This document shows positions 20,529 to 31,249 of a stretch of DNA of 64,000 nt, in pieces. Position 1 is the first letter of the stretch. Each line of letters begins with the position of its first letter. The DNA is from a virus (Duplodnaviria > Heunggongvirae > Uroviricota > Caudoviricetes). A program made the translations under genes and the position numbers. The DNA is taken from IMG/VR virus record IMGVR_UViG_3300020045_002497, positions 26,853 to 90,852 of that record. The stretch is one strand, 5' to 3'. The notes under the pieces were generated by a model. It ran no database searches. It was not told the origin of the DNA and saw only the letters and a program-made list of their open reading frames with translations.

Positions 20529-21312
20529 GTTTACTTATAATTATTTTTAAATTTTTCTTTTTATATAAATATTTAGAAGATTTAGTTGCTTGTGATCTTG
20601 TTATACCAAGATCTCTTTGTAAATCACTTATAGATTTATATTTACCTAATAGGTTATCATCTATATCATAGATATAACACCATTTTGAAGCACCTTGTCT
20701 AAATCCATTTTCAAAAACTCTCCTAGTAGATTCTGACAATTTCTTTTTATGTTCATCTGATTTTTTAACTCCTTTATTAAAGGAATGTCCCATTAAAGTA
20801 TTTGAGATTTTATCCCGAGACTCTTTAGAAATAATTTTACCTTTATTTGCTAATCCAATTTTAATTTTAGTTTCTTCTGAAGGCTTATACCAAGATCTGG
20901 ATATTTTACTTTTTTCAATAGTTTCTTTAGAATGTCTATAGTTACTATTTTTCATTGCAATACTTTGTTTTAATCTAGTTTCAATACTAACAATTTTATT
21001 TTCTCCACCTTCTCCTCCAGTAGTTAAATTATAACCATTTGGATTAGTTTTTTGATAACTATTATATAATCTAATATAATGTTTTTCTAATTCTATTAAT
21101 AAAAATTTATTAAAATTACCCTCTACAATAGTTTCAATTTTAAAATTTGATTCCCCATATTTTCTGACAGATTTGTGTAAATAACAATTTTTATTAACTT
21201 TTGAATTTTTACTATTTAGATGTTGATTAAATCTTTGTTTTGCTAAAAATTTAGTTAATCCAATATAAATTTTATTATTAATAATATTTGTTATTTTATA
21301 AATACAACCCAT
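20518..21312 (-). CDS. GIY-YIG homing endonuclease with NUMOD3-like repeats
   Basis: N-terminus GCIYKITNIINNKIYIGLT carries the GIY...YIG motif. Repeated E-x-x-x-K-I/L-S/G blocks (ETRLKQSIAMKN, ETKIKIGLANKG, ESRDKISNTLMG, EHKKKLSESTRR) are NUMOD3-like. Inserted between structural genes. Confidence 0.8.
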   Translation of the reverse strand: MGCIYKITNIINNKIYIGLTKFLAKQRFNQHLNSKNSKVNKNCYLHKSVRKYGESNFKIETIVEGNFNKFLLIELEKHYIRLYNSYQKTNPNGYNLTTGGEGGENKIVSIETRLKQSIAMKNSNYRHSKETIEKSKISRSWYKPSEETKIKIGLANKGKIISKESRDKISNTLMGHSFNKGVKKSDEHKKKLSESTRRVFENGFRQGASKWCYIYDIDDNLLGKYKSISDLQRDLGITRSQATKSSKYLYKKKNLKIIISKHEF

Positions 21313-21348
21313 AATACAAAGATATTAATTAATTACTGAATAACAAAA

Positions 21349-23928
21349 TTATTTACCAGTTTTCTTTTTATTAAATCCAGATTCTTCTAGATATTTTTTA
21401 AATTGAGGGTCATTATAATACTTCATCATCAACTGTAAAGTCTCTTGATCCATATTACCTTTTTTATTATCCATCATTTGATTAGCAATATTAGAACCCA
21501 TTGAACCAATAGCTTCTCCTTTACCAGATCTAGTTCTAGCTCTATTCATAGCATTAGCAATAACTTCTTGTCTAGATAACTCATTGTTATATTGTCCTAC
21601 AGAATTAGCAATACCAGCATTAGCATTTTGATATTCCTTTTGAATTCTATCTTTAGTCATAATATTTTGAGCATTTAAACCAACTCTATTAGATAAATAG
21701 GTACCAGCATTACCACCACTAGCTCCTCTAACATTGTATTCAGCTCTACGAGTTTGCTCAGTAGCATCTCTCATTGCAGCACTAGGATCTAATAAAGTAG
21801 CTTTCATACGATCATACTTTTCAACTTCTGGTTTATTATATCTAGATAAGTTATAAATATTACCAGCATTATTAGCTAATCCCATAGCAACATTAGAACC
21901 TAATCCTTTCCAATCAAAATTTCTTTCATTTTGAATTTTTGATTTAGGTTTAGTTGAAGGATTATTATGGTTCCAACCATGCTGCTTATTAATAACATCA
22001 TTAGCTAATTGTAATTCTTCTTCTTGAGATTGTTGAGATTTTTTAGCTGAATTAGCTACTTCATTTCTAGCTTGTTGTAAAGCATTTTGATAATCTGAAT
22101 TATAAGTACTAAATCCAGGATTTGTATTTCCTGTCATTTGATTAAAAGCTAAATTTCTTTGATTTTGTTCAGCTCCCATAAATTTAGTTTTTAAATATTG
22201 TTGTTCTGGAGTTAAGTCATCAGAAACACCCCCTTCTAAAAACTTAGGTAACTTCATACCACCATATTTAAATGAAGTAGATTGAGTAGCTTCTTTTCTT
22301 AAATCACCTTGGTTATTTAAATTAAGATTAGTAGGATTAGTTCCTGGAATAGAACTTTTAATTGTATTCTTATATAAATCTCTACCTGTTTCTAAATTAA
22401 AAAATGGTTTATAATTACCTTTAGGGTCATAAGATTTTGAAGGATCAATTTCTCTACCTGAATTACGATCAAATGCTACTCTAGTTGCTTTAGAATAACC
22501 TGCGTTAGCATCTGGATAATCCATATAATTAACATCAGTACTCATATTCTGAGATACTTCTTTTCTATCTATACGTTGATCATATGGATTTTGTACATTA
22601 TTAGAATTTTCTTTTTTATCAAAAGGTTCTAGATAAGCATATTTAGGTTTATAATATTTCATTAAAGGATTTAAACCTTCTTTAGTACCATAACCTTTAC
22701 CTGATAATTCATCAGGACTTACACCACTTTGAAGTTGAGAGATTAAAAATTTATTCCAATTATCAGGATCTGCTTTAGAATTACTTCCTGGTGCTTGACG
22801 AATAAATCCTGGATCTACATATACTTGTTTATTACCAACTGCTCTATCAAATTTATAATTAACTGGAGCAACATCAACTTTAACACCTAAACTATCTACC
22901 GGCCCACCATCTGGATACATTGGTAATTTAACACCTCCCATAGGAAACTTTTGATTATCCATTGACATACCCATACGTTTAGCATAAGCTTCAACCTTGG
23001 ATTGTTTAAGAGCTTCTTGAGCATTAAATAATTCTTCAGAATTTTTATTTTTAGCGAATTTCATTAATTCAGCTGTACGTTTAGAAGTAGTACCATATTT
23101 ATTAGATTCTAAAACCTTATCCTCTTTATTAGTATTATTAACTTTATTTAACTCTGCAAAAGTTTTTTTACCTAATTTTAATCTATCTGAAAAAATCATT
23201 GAGTTTCCTGGTAAAGTAACTGGTACTCCACCTTTTTCATGAGTAGGACCATTAGCTTGTAAAAAACCACCATTAGGTGCTACTACATTTTCTTCAGATT
23301 CAATCTCAGCATTAGGTTGCATATTAGTTCCACCAAAAGCAAATTGATTTTGATTTAAATTAGCTTTAGCGTTAGATTCAACTTGTTTTTTATGTCTATT
23401 AGTAAACATATCAGATAAACCTCCGGTTAATGCTCCTGCTACTTTTTGTCCAGTTGTTGCATTAGGATCTGAATAAATACCAATAAGAGAGTTTGATGGT
23501 GATAAAAATCCACCAGCTATTTCTCCTATTTTAGAATCATTTTTATTAATTATGTTACCGTTAGCATCTGTTCTATCAACATTATCTTGTACACCTGAAC
23601 CAATTTTAGTAACTGCTCCTACTCCTGCACCTAATAAAGGATTAATAGCTGTAGCTACACCAACTTTAGCTGTATCAACCCCTGCTTGTATAGATCTAGT
23701 TTTCTGTAAATCATTAGCATAAGGATCATTATATCCTTGAAAAGCTTGAACTCCACCTGCGGCAATAGCTGTACCTGCTTGAGTATATTGACTAGAACTA
23801 ATCTTAGATTCTCTACCTTGATTATAAATATTTTGTGTACCTGATTGTTGATTAGAATGAGCATCTTCATGTAACGCACCATTAAAATATTTAGGTAAAG
23901 TTTTAGGAATTTTTTTAGATTTTTTCAT
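21349..23928 (-). CDS. low-complexity (G/A/N/Q-rich) virion/tail protein (859 aa)
   Basis: ORF track; N-terminal third rich in G/A/N/Q. Sits in the tail module. Confidence 0.55.
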   Translation of the reverse strand: MKKSKKIPKTLPKYFNGALHEDAHSNQQSGTQNIYNQGRESKISSSQYTQAGTAIAAGGVQAFQGYNDPYANDLQKTRSIQAGVDTAKVGVATAINPLLGAGVGAVTKIGSGVQDNVDRTDANGNIINKNDSKIGEIAGGFLSPSNSLIGIYSDPNATTGQKVAGALTGGLSDMFTNRHKKQVESNAKANLNQNQFAFGGTNMQPNAEIESEENVVAPNGGFLQANGPTHEKGGVPVTLPGNSMIFSDRLKLGKKTFAELNKVNNTNKEDKVLESNKYGTTSKRTAELMKFAKNKNSEELFNAQEALKQSKVEAYAKRMGMSMDNQKFPMGGVKLPMYPDGGPVDSLGVKVDVAPVNYKFDRAVGNKQVYVDPGFIRQAPGSNSKADPDNWNKFLISQLQSGVSPDELSGKGYGTKEGLNPLMKYYKPKYAYLEPFDKKENSNNVQNPYDQRIDRKEVSQNMSTDVNYMDYPDANAGYSKATRVAFDRNSGREIDPSKSYDPKGNYKPFFNLETGRDLYKNTIKSSIPGTNPTNLNLNNQGDLRKEATQSTSFKYGGMKLPKFLEGGVSDDLTPEQQYLKTKFMGAEQNQRNLAFNQMTGNTNPGFSTYNSDYQNALQQARNEVANSAKKSQQSQEEELQLANDVINKQHGWNHNNPSTKPKSKIQNERNFDWKGLGSNVAMGLANNAGNIYNLSRYNKPEVEKYDRMKATLLDPSAAMRDATEQTRRAEYNVRGASGGNAGTYLSNRVGLNAQNIMTKDRIQKEYQNANAGIANSVGQYNNELSRQEVIANAMNRARTRSGKGEAIGSMGSNIANQMMDNKKGNMDQETLQLMMKYYNDPQFKKYLEESGFNKKKTGK

Positions 23929-23990
23929 GATAACAAATTTGGTTATATATAACTATATAATATAGTGTATTTTTTTGTAATATGCAAATA

Positions 23991-24030
23991 AAAACCCCAG
24001 TATTTCAAACTAATTGATAACTGAGGTTAT
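23991..24030 (-). terminator. rho-independent terminator downstream of the 1572-aa fibre gene
   Basis: aaccccagt ... actgaggtt stem with one mismatch. A plus-strand A-run precedes it, which is a T-run following it on the minus strand. Confidence 0.4.
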
Positions 24031-24056
24031 TATTATAACTATGTTAATTATATGAA

Positions 24057-27000
24057 TTAGCGATCACTAATTCTAAGTAATGTTTTAATATTATGAATTA
24101 TAAATCTTAATCCGGATAAGTTATTATATTTAAAGTCAGTGATTAACCACTTATCTCTTAACCTTTCCCCAAATGTAGTTTTAGTTAATTTACTAGGATC
24201 AAAGATTGAGTAAACAGATGGATTATAAGTATCATAATCAAATTTATTTCTAGGTAACTGTAAGTTAAATCCTTGTTCAACTTTTCTAATATTATTTCCT
24301 GGAGGAGTAATAGTTAAAGTAGTCCAATCAGTATTTTGATATTGATTGTAACATCTAATTTCTTGAAAAGTAGAATCTTTAATATTTACATCATCTGGAT
24401 ATAAAGGATTAGTTGGTGAGCCTGGATAAACATTTAAGTCATCACTCCATTCAACATTATCATTTACAGCTTCAGATTCAATAGTCATATTATCAAATAC
24501 TTTAGTATATAAAGGATTATCGTTAACTAATAATTTTAAAGTACTAGGATATATTGTACCATAGAATGATCCATAATCTCCATAATTATGAAACCATAAT
24601 TTATTCACAGTATCTATAGCTAAAGGATGTTTAGTACTAATTAAATACTTATTACTGTTAATATATAAATTAGGAGTGAATGAATACATTGAACTGAATG
24701 CTCCTAATATTTCAGAATAAGCTAATGTAAGATTTTCATTATTAGTAGTATCTCCTTCTAATTCATTATTAAATGTATATAAGAATTCATTATGATAATA
24801 ATCATAAGTAACTAATACACCTTTATTGATTATAGGATTATCGTGTTTTAATAATTCATTATGTAGTCTTTTAACAACAAAATTTCTTTGCCCTTTAACA
24901 TCAGATATAGGAGTTACTGTTTCACCATTGAATAAATAAATCTTTTTATGTCTAGCATCAACAAATGTTATTGTAGATTGAGATCTATATACAGACCATT
25001 GATGAACAGTACCCGTATCTATTGCTTTATAATAATGTTTTTGAATAACTTCACCATCAGTACCATTACCTAATTTAATTGGTGTACCAGTAGCATCATT
25101 AATCATAGATACAGGGTTAATAAGTAATATACCAACACCTCTATCTTGTAGATAATACATATTTTCTTTTAAAGAAACTAATGCATTAATACCACCATAA
25201 TTACCTTCTACATCATAAAAGTTGTTAGTTAAGTATTCAGACCATGAATCTTGTATTTCATTGTTAAACTTAAGTTCGGACCAATAGATTCTATTAATCC
25301 ATTCATCAGATGTTTGAAAATTTAATGGTTTAGGGAAGTATGTTTTAGTATCATTTTCAGCATTATTATATGTTTCATATTGATAACCATCTTCACCATA
25401 TCCACCATCATTACTTAAATTTCTATTAGGATGAATTCCTGTTCTAACTTCAGAATTATATGAACAGGTTGTACCAAAGAAAAATGAAGTACTAAATTTA
25501 GCGTATCTTGTACCATATCCTAAAAAAGCATGTGTAGTAGCATCATATTGATAAACACTATATTCAGAACCATTTGGTGAATCATTTTTAATAGTTTTCA
25601 TCATATCATAAATTGTAGTAAACACATCTCCTCCAAAATTAATAAATGTTAAATTTTGATTTGTGGGAGAATTATTTATAGTAGTAGGTATGAATTCACC
25701 TGAAGGGATATATTCATTATTAGAACGATTAACATATGTGGCTCCACCATATTGTGAAACATTAGGTTTATAATAAAGAGCTAATAATTTTTTAGGTTCT
25801 GTACTATCAGCAATACATCCATAATCTATTGTAGATAATCCTGAAGGTATTTGTAAAAACATAGTACCTTTACCATAGCAAGGATTGTTTGTTTGTCCAA
25901 ACAAAGGAACAACAGGATCTGTAATATCTTCACCATAGTTTTTAATAGAGTAACCACCATTAGAAGTTGAACTATTACCTGGTAACCATTGTGTAAGTCC
26001 TAAAGCATAATCATTTGCGTTAGTTCCTGTAAAATCAGTATAATCAGAATATACAGTATCATCAACAAATTTTAATAAAAAGAATGGTTCTAATGGTCCA
26101 GAATCATTATTTGTACTACCAAAAAATGGCCCAGGTTCCGGAGTTCCATAACCACCACTATCAATTCTTTGATTATCAGGTGGAACATCTGCTCCAGCTA
26201 TATCTACACCTTTAGTTCCAAAAAATGCTCTATAAGCACTATTACCAGAATTAGCATAATTAACAGCCTTAACTCTACTTCTAATTAAAATTTTATCTCC
26301 TGTTGAATATGTAGGTCTTAAACCTGCATCAAAATCCCAACAATCAAACATTTTAAATTGTCCAAGTGCAAATCCATTAGTATCAGAATTAGAATTTAAA
26401 GTTTCAACATGCCATTGGTTTGGATACGGACTATAATATCTTCTAGGATTAGGTAATGGTAAACCAGTAGGACTTGTAAATGCAGCAACTTTAGTATTCC
26501 AACTAGCAGGTAATATAGCTACTGTTGGATTAGCAAGTGTTGGATCATTTGATTCAAAAGGATTAATCATTCCAGCACCTAATATAGTTTTATCAGAACC
26601 TGCTCTTTTAACCCTAACTATTTGATAACCACTAATAAGATTAGTAATAGACGATGTATCTACAGTAAATTTAACATACAATGCTTGAGTATATAAATCA
26701 GCAGTACCAATTCTAAAACTTAATCTAAAATCACTAATACCTGCTGTAGTAGCTGGAAAATCTGGATTTGGATTTGTATCCCCATAACTAGGCATTTTAA
26801 TATCACCTATCCATTTAGTAAAATAAGGATTACCTTCTTTATCAAAGAATTGAATACCAAATCTATAAATCTCCTCATGTTGAAAACCTTTTATTAATGA
26901 AGTTTTCTCAGGTTGTTTTAAAGAAAAGTATTTACTATTTTGAGGATAATCATATTCTGTAAGTGTAATAGTTGAACTATCTGTACCATTAGTTCTATAT

Positions 27001-28775
27001 CCTGGACCAGGACCAACTATATCATAATTTGATGCATTAGATATTGCTAAATTAGTATCTGAACTAATACTCCAAGCACCAAACTCATAAGATATATTAA
27101 TACCCTCACCACCCAATACTTTTGTAGTAAGAGCTGTAGAAGGTTTTAAGTAACATGCATTAACAGAGTTATTTCCACTATTATCATAATACTCATTAAT
27201 CATATCTTCAGTTTGTGCAAAAGCAGATGCAGATAAAGCAGTAGCACCTCTATTAGCATTTGTTCCATTATTTGTAGTAAGAATTTCTTGAGCATCATTA
27301 GCTCTAAAAGCTCTAGCATCATAAGAGTCTAAATCTTTTTGAGGAGCTCTAACATTACCCCAGAATAATCTATTATCTTTAGTATCACAAGTTTTAGCAT
27401 GTGTAAATGTACCATTGAATAATAAAAACTCATCTAATGTAACTTCACTATAACTTGTTGTAGAAGCATTTGAATATGTAATATCCATTGTTTCAGTTAT
27501 ATTATTAACTCCCATAGATGTTATAACGGGTACAGCTGAAGCAGAACTTCTATAAACAACAATAGTTTCAATTTGATCATATGTTGTATCTAAGTTACTT
27601 AAATGCCAAGTAATACTTTTACTAGCAGCACCTAAATCTCCAACATAATCATAAAATACTGTACCTTCTGGATTCTGAGTTAAATAAACTGGAGCGGATA
27701 ATTCAGAATAATTTGTTACTGAACCTAATATTTTAGATAATTTATAAGCTAATTGATAACAACCAGCATTTAATGAACCACTACCTATAGATTTTAATGT
27801 AGGTTGTACAAATTCAACCTTAGGTATAATACTTAATTGACTTGGATTTAAAGCCATCAATTGAGCATTAGCTGTGTTTATAGTTCTAATTTTATTATAA
27901 TTGTCAGACCAATATATTCGTTTAATATCAATACTTTCATATCTACCTGTAATAGCGGATGGTGGAACTGGATGATATTTAGTAAAATCTATATTATTAG
28001 AATAGATCAATGTTAATGTGTGTTGCTTAGATATATCATCAATATTTAATTTCCAAATAGCTCCTTGCTTTTGTAATTCATCATTAGATGGTATTTCATT
28101 ATCAATACCTGCTGGACCATATGTAATATCATTAGGAGCTGTTAATATATAAATATCATTTAATATAAACGTAGAACCAATAGGAATAATCTTATTACTT
28201 AATACACCTTTAACATAAGGATCTAATGTATCTTGAGTTAATGAAGTACTACCATTACCATTTACAAATTTTAATAAAGCTAAAGCACCATCATCTTCAG
28301 TAGGTGTTAATACTATTGTAGAAGCTACAGAAGCTATTGTAGTGCAATCTTGATAAACAGGTTGTTGATAAATTACAATGTAATTATCTTCATAAGCTAT
28401 ATCAAATGTTTTAATAGCTACAGTTGTACCAGTATACTGATAACAGTTTGGAAAATTGGTAGTTATAAAAGTATATAAATTAAATCCTGTAGTAGTGTTT
28501 AAAATATCTATAGTATCAGTAGTACCATTAATAGTAATATCTGTAGAATTAGCTGTATCAATATCTGTTTGAAATACTTCTATTTTATATACAGCTTGTA
28601 AATCAGGGAATGTAAGTTTACACTCATTACCTTTAATATTAACTAAGGAACCATTAGATCCACCTAATTCTGTAAGCGGTCTAAAGTTTAAAGCTTGTAA
28701 ATAAGTTTCTTTATTTAAAATAGTCTTAGATTGATCAGAGTTTTGACCTTTTGAAAATGTATTAATGCTTTCCAT
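24057..28775 (-). CDS. large tail fibre / tail spike-like protein (1572 aa)
   Basis: ORF track; size and T/S/N/G-rich composition typical of receptor-binding fibre or spike proteins. A terminator lies downstream. Confidence 0.55.
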   Translation of the reverse strand: MESINTFSKGQNSDQSKTILNKETYLQALNFRPLTELGGSNGSLVNIKGNECKLTFPDLQAVYKIEVFQTDIDTANSTDITINGTTDTIDILNTTTGFNLYTFITTNFPNCYQYTGTTVAIKTFDIAYEDNYIVIYQQPVYQDCTTIASVASTIVLTPTEDDGALALLKFVNGNGSTSLTQDTLDPYVKGVLSNKIIPIGSTFILNDIYILTAPNDITYGPAGIDNEIPSNDELQKQGAIWKLNIDDISKQHTLTLIYSNNIDFTKYHPVPPSAITGRYESIDIKRIYWSDNYNKIRTINTANAQLMALNPSQLSIIPKVEFVQPTLKSIGSGSLNAGCYQLAYKLSKILGSVTNYSELSAPVYLTQNPEGTVFYDYVGDLGAASKSITWHLSNLDTTYDQIETIVVYRSSASAVPVITSMGVNNITETMDITYSNASTTSYSEVTLDEFLLFNGTFTHAKTCDTKDNRLFWGNVRAPQKDLDSYDARAFRANDAQEILTTNNGTNANRGATALSASAFAQTEDMINEYYDNSGNNSVNACYLKPSTALTTKVLGGEGINISYEFGAWSISSDTNLAISNASNYDIVGPGPGYRTNGTDSSTITLTEYDYPQNSKYFSLKQPEKTSLIKGFQHEEIYRFGIQFFDKEGNPYFTKWIGDIKMPSYGDTNPNPDFPATTAGISDFRLSFRIGTADLYTQALYVKFTVDTSSITNLISGYQIVRVKRAGSDKTILGAGMINPFESNDPTLANPTVAILPASWNTKVAAFTSPTGLPLPNPRRYYSPYPNQWHVETLNSNSDTNGFALGQFKMFDCWDFDAGLRPTYSTGDKILIRSRVKAVNYANSGNSAYRAFFGTKGVDIAGADVPPDNQRIDSGGYGTPEPGPFFGSTNNDSGPLEPFFLLKFVDDTVYSDYTDFTGTNANDYALGLTQWLPGNSSTSNGGYSIKNYGEDITDPVVPLFGQTNNPCYGKGTMFLQIPSGLSTIDYGCIADSTEPKKLLALYYKPNVSQYGGATYVNRSNNEYIPSGEFIPTTINNSPTNQNLTFINFGGDVFTTIYDMMKTIKNDSPNGSEYSVYQYDATTHAFLGYGTRYAKFSTSFFFGTTCSYNSEVRTGIHPNRNLSNDGGYGEDGYQYETYNNAENDTKTYFPKPLNFQTSDEWINRIYWSELKFNNEIQDSWSEYLTNNFYDVEGNYGGINALVSLKENMYYLQDRGVGILLINPVSMINDATGTPIKLGNGTDGEVIQKHYYKAIDTGTVHQWSVYRSQSTITFVDARHKKIYLFNGETVTPISDVKGQRNFVVKRLHNELLKHDNPIINKGVLVTYDYYHNEFLYTFNNELEGDTTNNENLTLAYSEILGAFSSMYSFTPNLYINSNKYLISTKHPLAIDTVNKLWFHNYGDYGSFYGTIYPSTLKLLVNDNPLYTKVFDNMTIESEAVNDNVEWSDDLNVYPGSPTNPLYPDDVNIKDSTFQEIRCYNQYQNTDWTTLTITPPGNNIRKVEQGFNLQLPRNKFDYDTYNPSVYSIFDPSKLTKTTFGERLRDKWLITDFKYNNLSGLRFIIHNIKTLLRISDR

Positions 28776-28776
28776 A

Positions 28777-29478
28777 TTATCTTAAATTTCTACGTTCTCT
28801 AGATTCTAAATTTCTAAATCCATTGCTATATTCATTCTGTTTAGGTATAAGTCTAACCCAGGTATTCTTAAGTCTTTCCATTTGTGAACTATCAGGCATA
28901 TATGCTGAACCTCTTGCAGAGTTAACATAGAAGTACCAATCTTTCTCTGACATTCTAAATACAACTTCAGGAACTAATCCTCTTCTAAATTGAATCTTAT
29001 CTAACATGTAAGTAACATAAGCTTTTAAAGCTTTATCAAAATATACATTATCGGGAACTAGTGGAAATCCATCTTCATCAATAGGTATTGCTTGATACAC
29101 TATACATAAATCTCCAGACTCTAATGATGTATTTAAACATCCATCAGATATATAAAAATTATATTCTGTACAGCATGTAGGTATTGTATTACAAGTATCA
29201 CACTTATAATTATTAGCTGCAGATTTAGTAGACCAAGATAAAGGTCTTCCATTATATGTAATATCTTTAGGATATATAAAATCACAAGGTAATGCTACTG
29301 TATGATTAGTCACTGTAAGTACAGTAGATATTTCTTTATTTTGAGCATAGGAACCTATCATTGATAGAGCTTCTCCCAACCATTCTATTATATCACTCTC
29401 ATTAATCTCGGTATTAATTCCAAGATCTCTATATAATCCAGCAATTAATGCTTTAGATGATTTAAAATTTACTATCAT
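28777..29478 (-). CDS. hypothetical tail-module protein
   Basis: ORF track; overlapping start/stop with neighbours. Confidence 0.5.
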   Translation of the reverse strand: MIVNFKSSKALIAGLYRDLGINTEINESDIIEWLGEALSMIGSYAQNKEISTVLTVTNHTVALPCDFIYPKDITYNGRPLSWSTKSAANNYKCDTCNTIPTCCTEYNFYISDGCLNTSLESGDLCIVYQAIPIDEDGFPLVPDNVYFDKALKAYVTYMLDKIQFRRGLVPEVVFRMSEKDWYFYVNSARGSAYMPDSSQMERLKNTWVRLIPKQNEYSNGFRNLESRERRNLR

Positions 29479-29966
29479 TGTTTTCTTGCTAATTGAGAAT
29501 AATAATCAAATCCTGGAGTATTCCTAATATGTTCAGGAATTGCTCTAGAAGCTTCTCTACACGGAGAGAATTTATAATATTTTTTACCTGTAAGTTTTAA
29601 TTTACTTTTATCCCATTTCCATTTATATCTAAATGGTTGATCATAATAAACTAATAAACCTTGTTTTTTAGATTCACCATAATTAACTTTCCAGTTTTTT
29701 ATTTTATCCATGTCAAAATTAACATCATATTTAATAATACCTAGATAACCTAAATTATATGGCATTTTAAAAGAACCGGCTTCAGTAACTATTTTAGATT
29801 GTAAAGCTTTATTAAACACTCTTATAATCCTATAATATACAGCATAATCAACAGGAATTCTTTTATTGTTGAAAGAGGCTCTACAATAATCTTTGTAAAA
29901 ATCTTTAGTTGATAAATCTTTTGTGTATTTTCCATTAGTTCTTTTTTTTACCTTAAATTCTATCAT
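29475..29966 (-). CDS. hypothetical basic protein
   Basis: ORF track; K/R-rich. Confidence 0.5.
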   Translation of the reverse strand: MIEFKVKKRTNGKYTKDLSTKDFYKDYCRASFNNKRIPVDYAVYYRIIRVFNKALQSKIVTEAGSFKMPYNLGYLGIIKYDVNFDMDKIKNWKVNYGESKKQGLLVYYDQPFRYKWKWDKSKLKLTGKKYYKFSPCREASRAIPEHIRNTPGFDYYSQLARKQ

Positions 29967-30643
29967 TTTTTATTTAATTGATTTTGAGATAATGCATCAT
30001 TACTAGTGTCATGTGGCATTTGTAAAAAAGGCATTACTTTAGTTTGCATAATAATATTTGTTATATCATTAGCCATCTTCAATGAACATGGATAATTACT
30101 ATCCCAGTTAAAACATGCTGAACCTCCACAAGTAGAATATCCAATTAGTTCTTCCGGATTTTCAAAGATAGCAAATATATTTACATATTCCAAAAGTAAT
30201 TCTGAAGTAATATATAAATATCCATCTTGCAAGTACCATTGAGCTTTTTTAGCTGTATATTTATTATATTTATTGTATTTAGCCTCAAAAGGATTTGATT
30301 TAGATATAATATCTCCTGTAGGAGTAGTAACTCTTAATATAAAATTATCTCCACTAGTTTCTATACTAGATGGTAATCTTACCTTAGTTCTAAGAATATA
30401 ACAATCTGTTGTTATAATACAACAATCAGAACTATCTACTAATTCTAATTCTAAACAAGGTATTGATTGTACCCATACATCTGAAATATCTTGACGTTTA
30501 CTAATTGCTTGAGAAATAAGCATTGATCTTATTTCATGTATCCAAAAAGCAAATTGTTCATCACTAATTCTAAATGAATAGTTATTTTCACCAGAATCAG
30601 CAATATTTCGGATGTCTGCAACAATTTTTCTTAAACTTAACAT
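29963..30643 (-). CDS. hypothetical tail-module protein
   Basis: ORF track. Confidence 0.5.
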   Translation of the reverse strand: MLSLRKIVADIRNIADSGENNYSFRISDEQFAFWIHEIRSMLISQAISKRQDISDVWVQSIPCLELELVDSSDCCIITTDCYILRTKVRLPSSIETSGDNFILRVTTPTGDIISKSNPFEAKYNKYNKYTAKKAQWYLQDGYLYITSELLLEYVNIFAIFENPEELIGYSTCGGSACFNWDSNYPCSLKMANDITNIIMQTKVMPFLQMPHDTSNDALSQNQLNKK

Positions 30644-30645
30644 AA

Positions 30646-31248
30646 TTATTTCTTTTTAGGTGTCCAACCTTTTATTCTATATTTAATTTGAATAACAGGT
30701 TGTTTATTAAAAGGATCATATCCTGCTGAGTAACTCCAATTATCTACACTCAATTCTAACATTGGAGCTAACATTTTAGGTGTAGCTAATATACCAGCAT
30801 GTATTTCATACTTATAAGGATGTGTAATTAAACTATCTTTTTTAATAGTTACCGTTGTACTATTAGTTATCATTAAAGGTACTTTAAGTTTAACACCTGT
30901 ACTATCATATCTTAACTTACCTTGTAAAGACATATTTCTATACAAATCATAATCTTTAGTTTTAATAGTATCATTATAAACATAAATTCTATTACATTCA
31001 TTTGAATCTAAATAAATAGGTATCGAACCAATATCTATTCTTATTTTAGGTTTAGAAGGATACCATTTGATTTCAGCAGGTGGTTTTATAGTATCTGTTG
31101 TCTTAACTGTGAAAGTGTCTACAATGGTCTTAGAATCAATTTTAGGAGTAATATTGTTACTACCACATTGGTATCCAAATATGAATAATGCAATTGCTAT
31201 AATTCCTAAGAATATCTTACTTATATTTTTACCTATTTTTTCTAACAT
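30646..31248 (-). CDS. protein with N-terminal signal/TM segment (200 aa)
   Basis: ORF track; N-terminus KIFLGIIAIALFIFGYQCGS is a hydrophobic helix followed by a Cys. Confidence 0.5.
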   Translation of the reverse strand: MLEKIGKNISKIFLGIIAIALFIFGYQCGSNNITPKIDSKTIVDTFTVKTTDTIKPPAEIKWYPSKPKIRIDIGSIPIYLDSNECNRIYVYNDTIKTKDYDLYRNMSLQGKLRYDSTGVKLKVPLMITNSTTVTIKKDSLITHPYKYEIHAGILATPKMLAPMLELSVDNWSYSAGYDPFNKQPVIQIKYRIKGWTPKKK

Positions 31249-31249
31249 T

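Noticed and set aside
23655-23882. 75-aa minus-strand ORF nested in 21349..23928
   Set aside because: Fully contained in the larger gene in another frame, with no independent start context.
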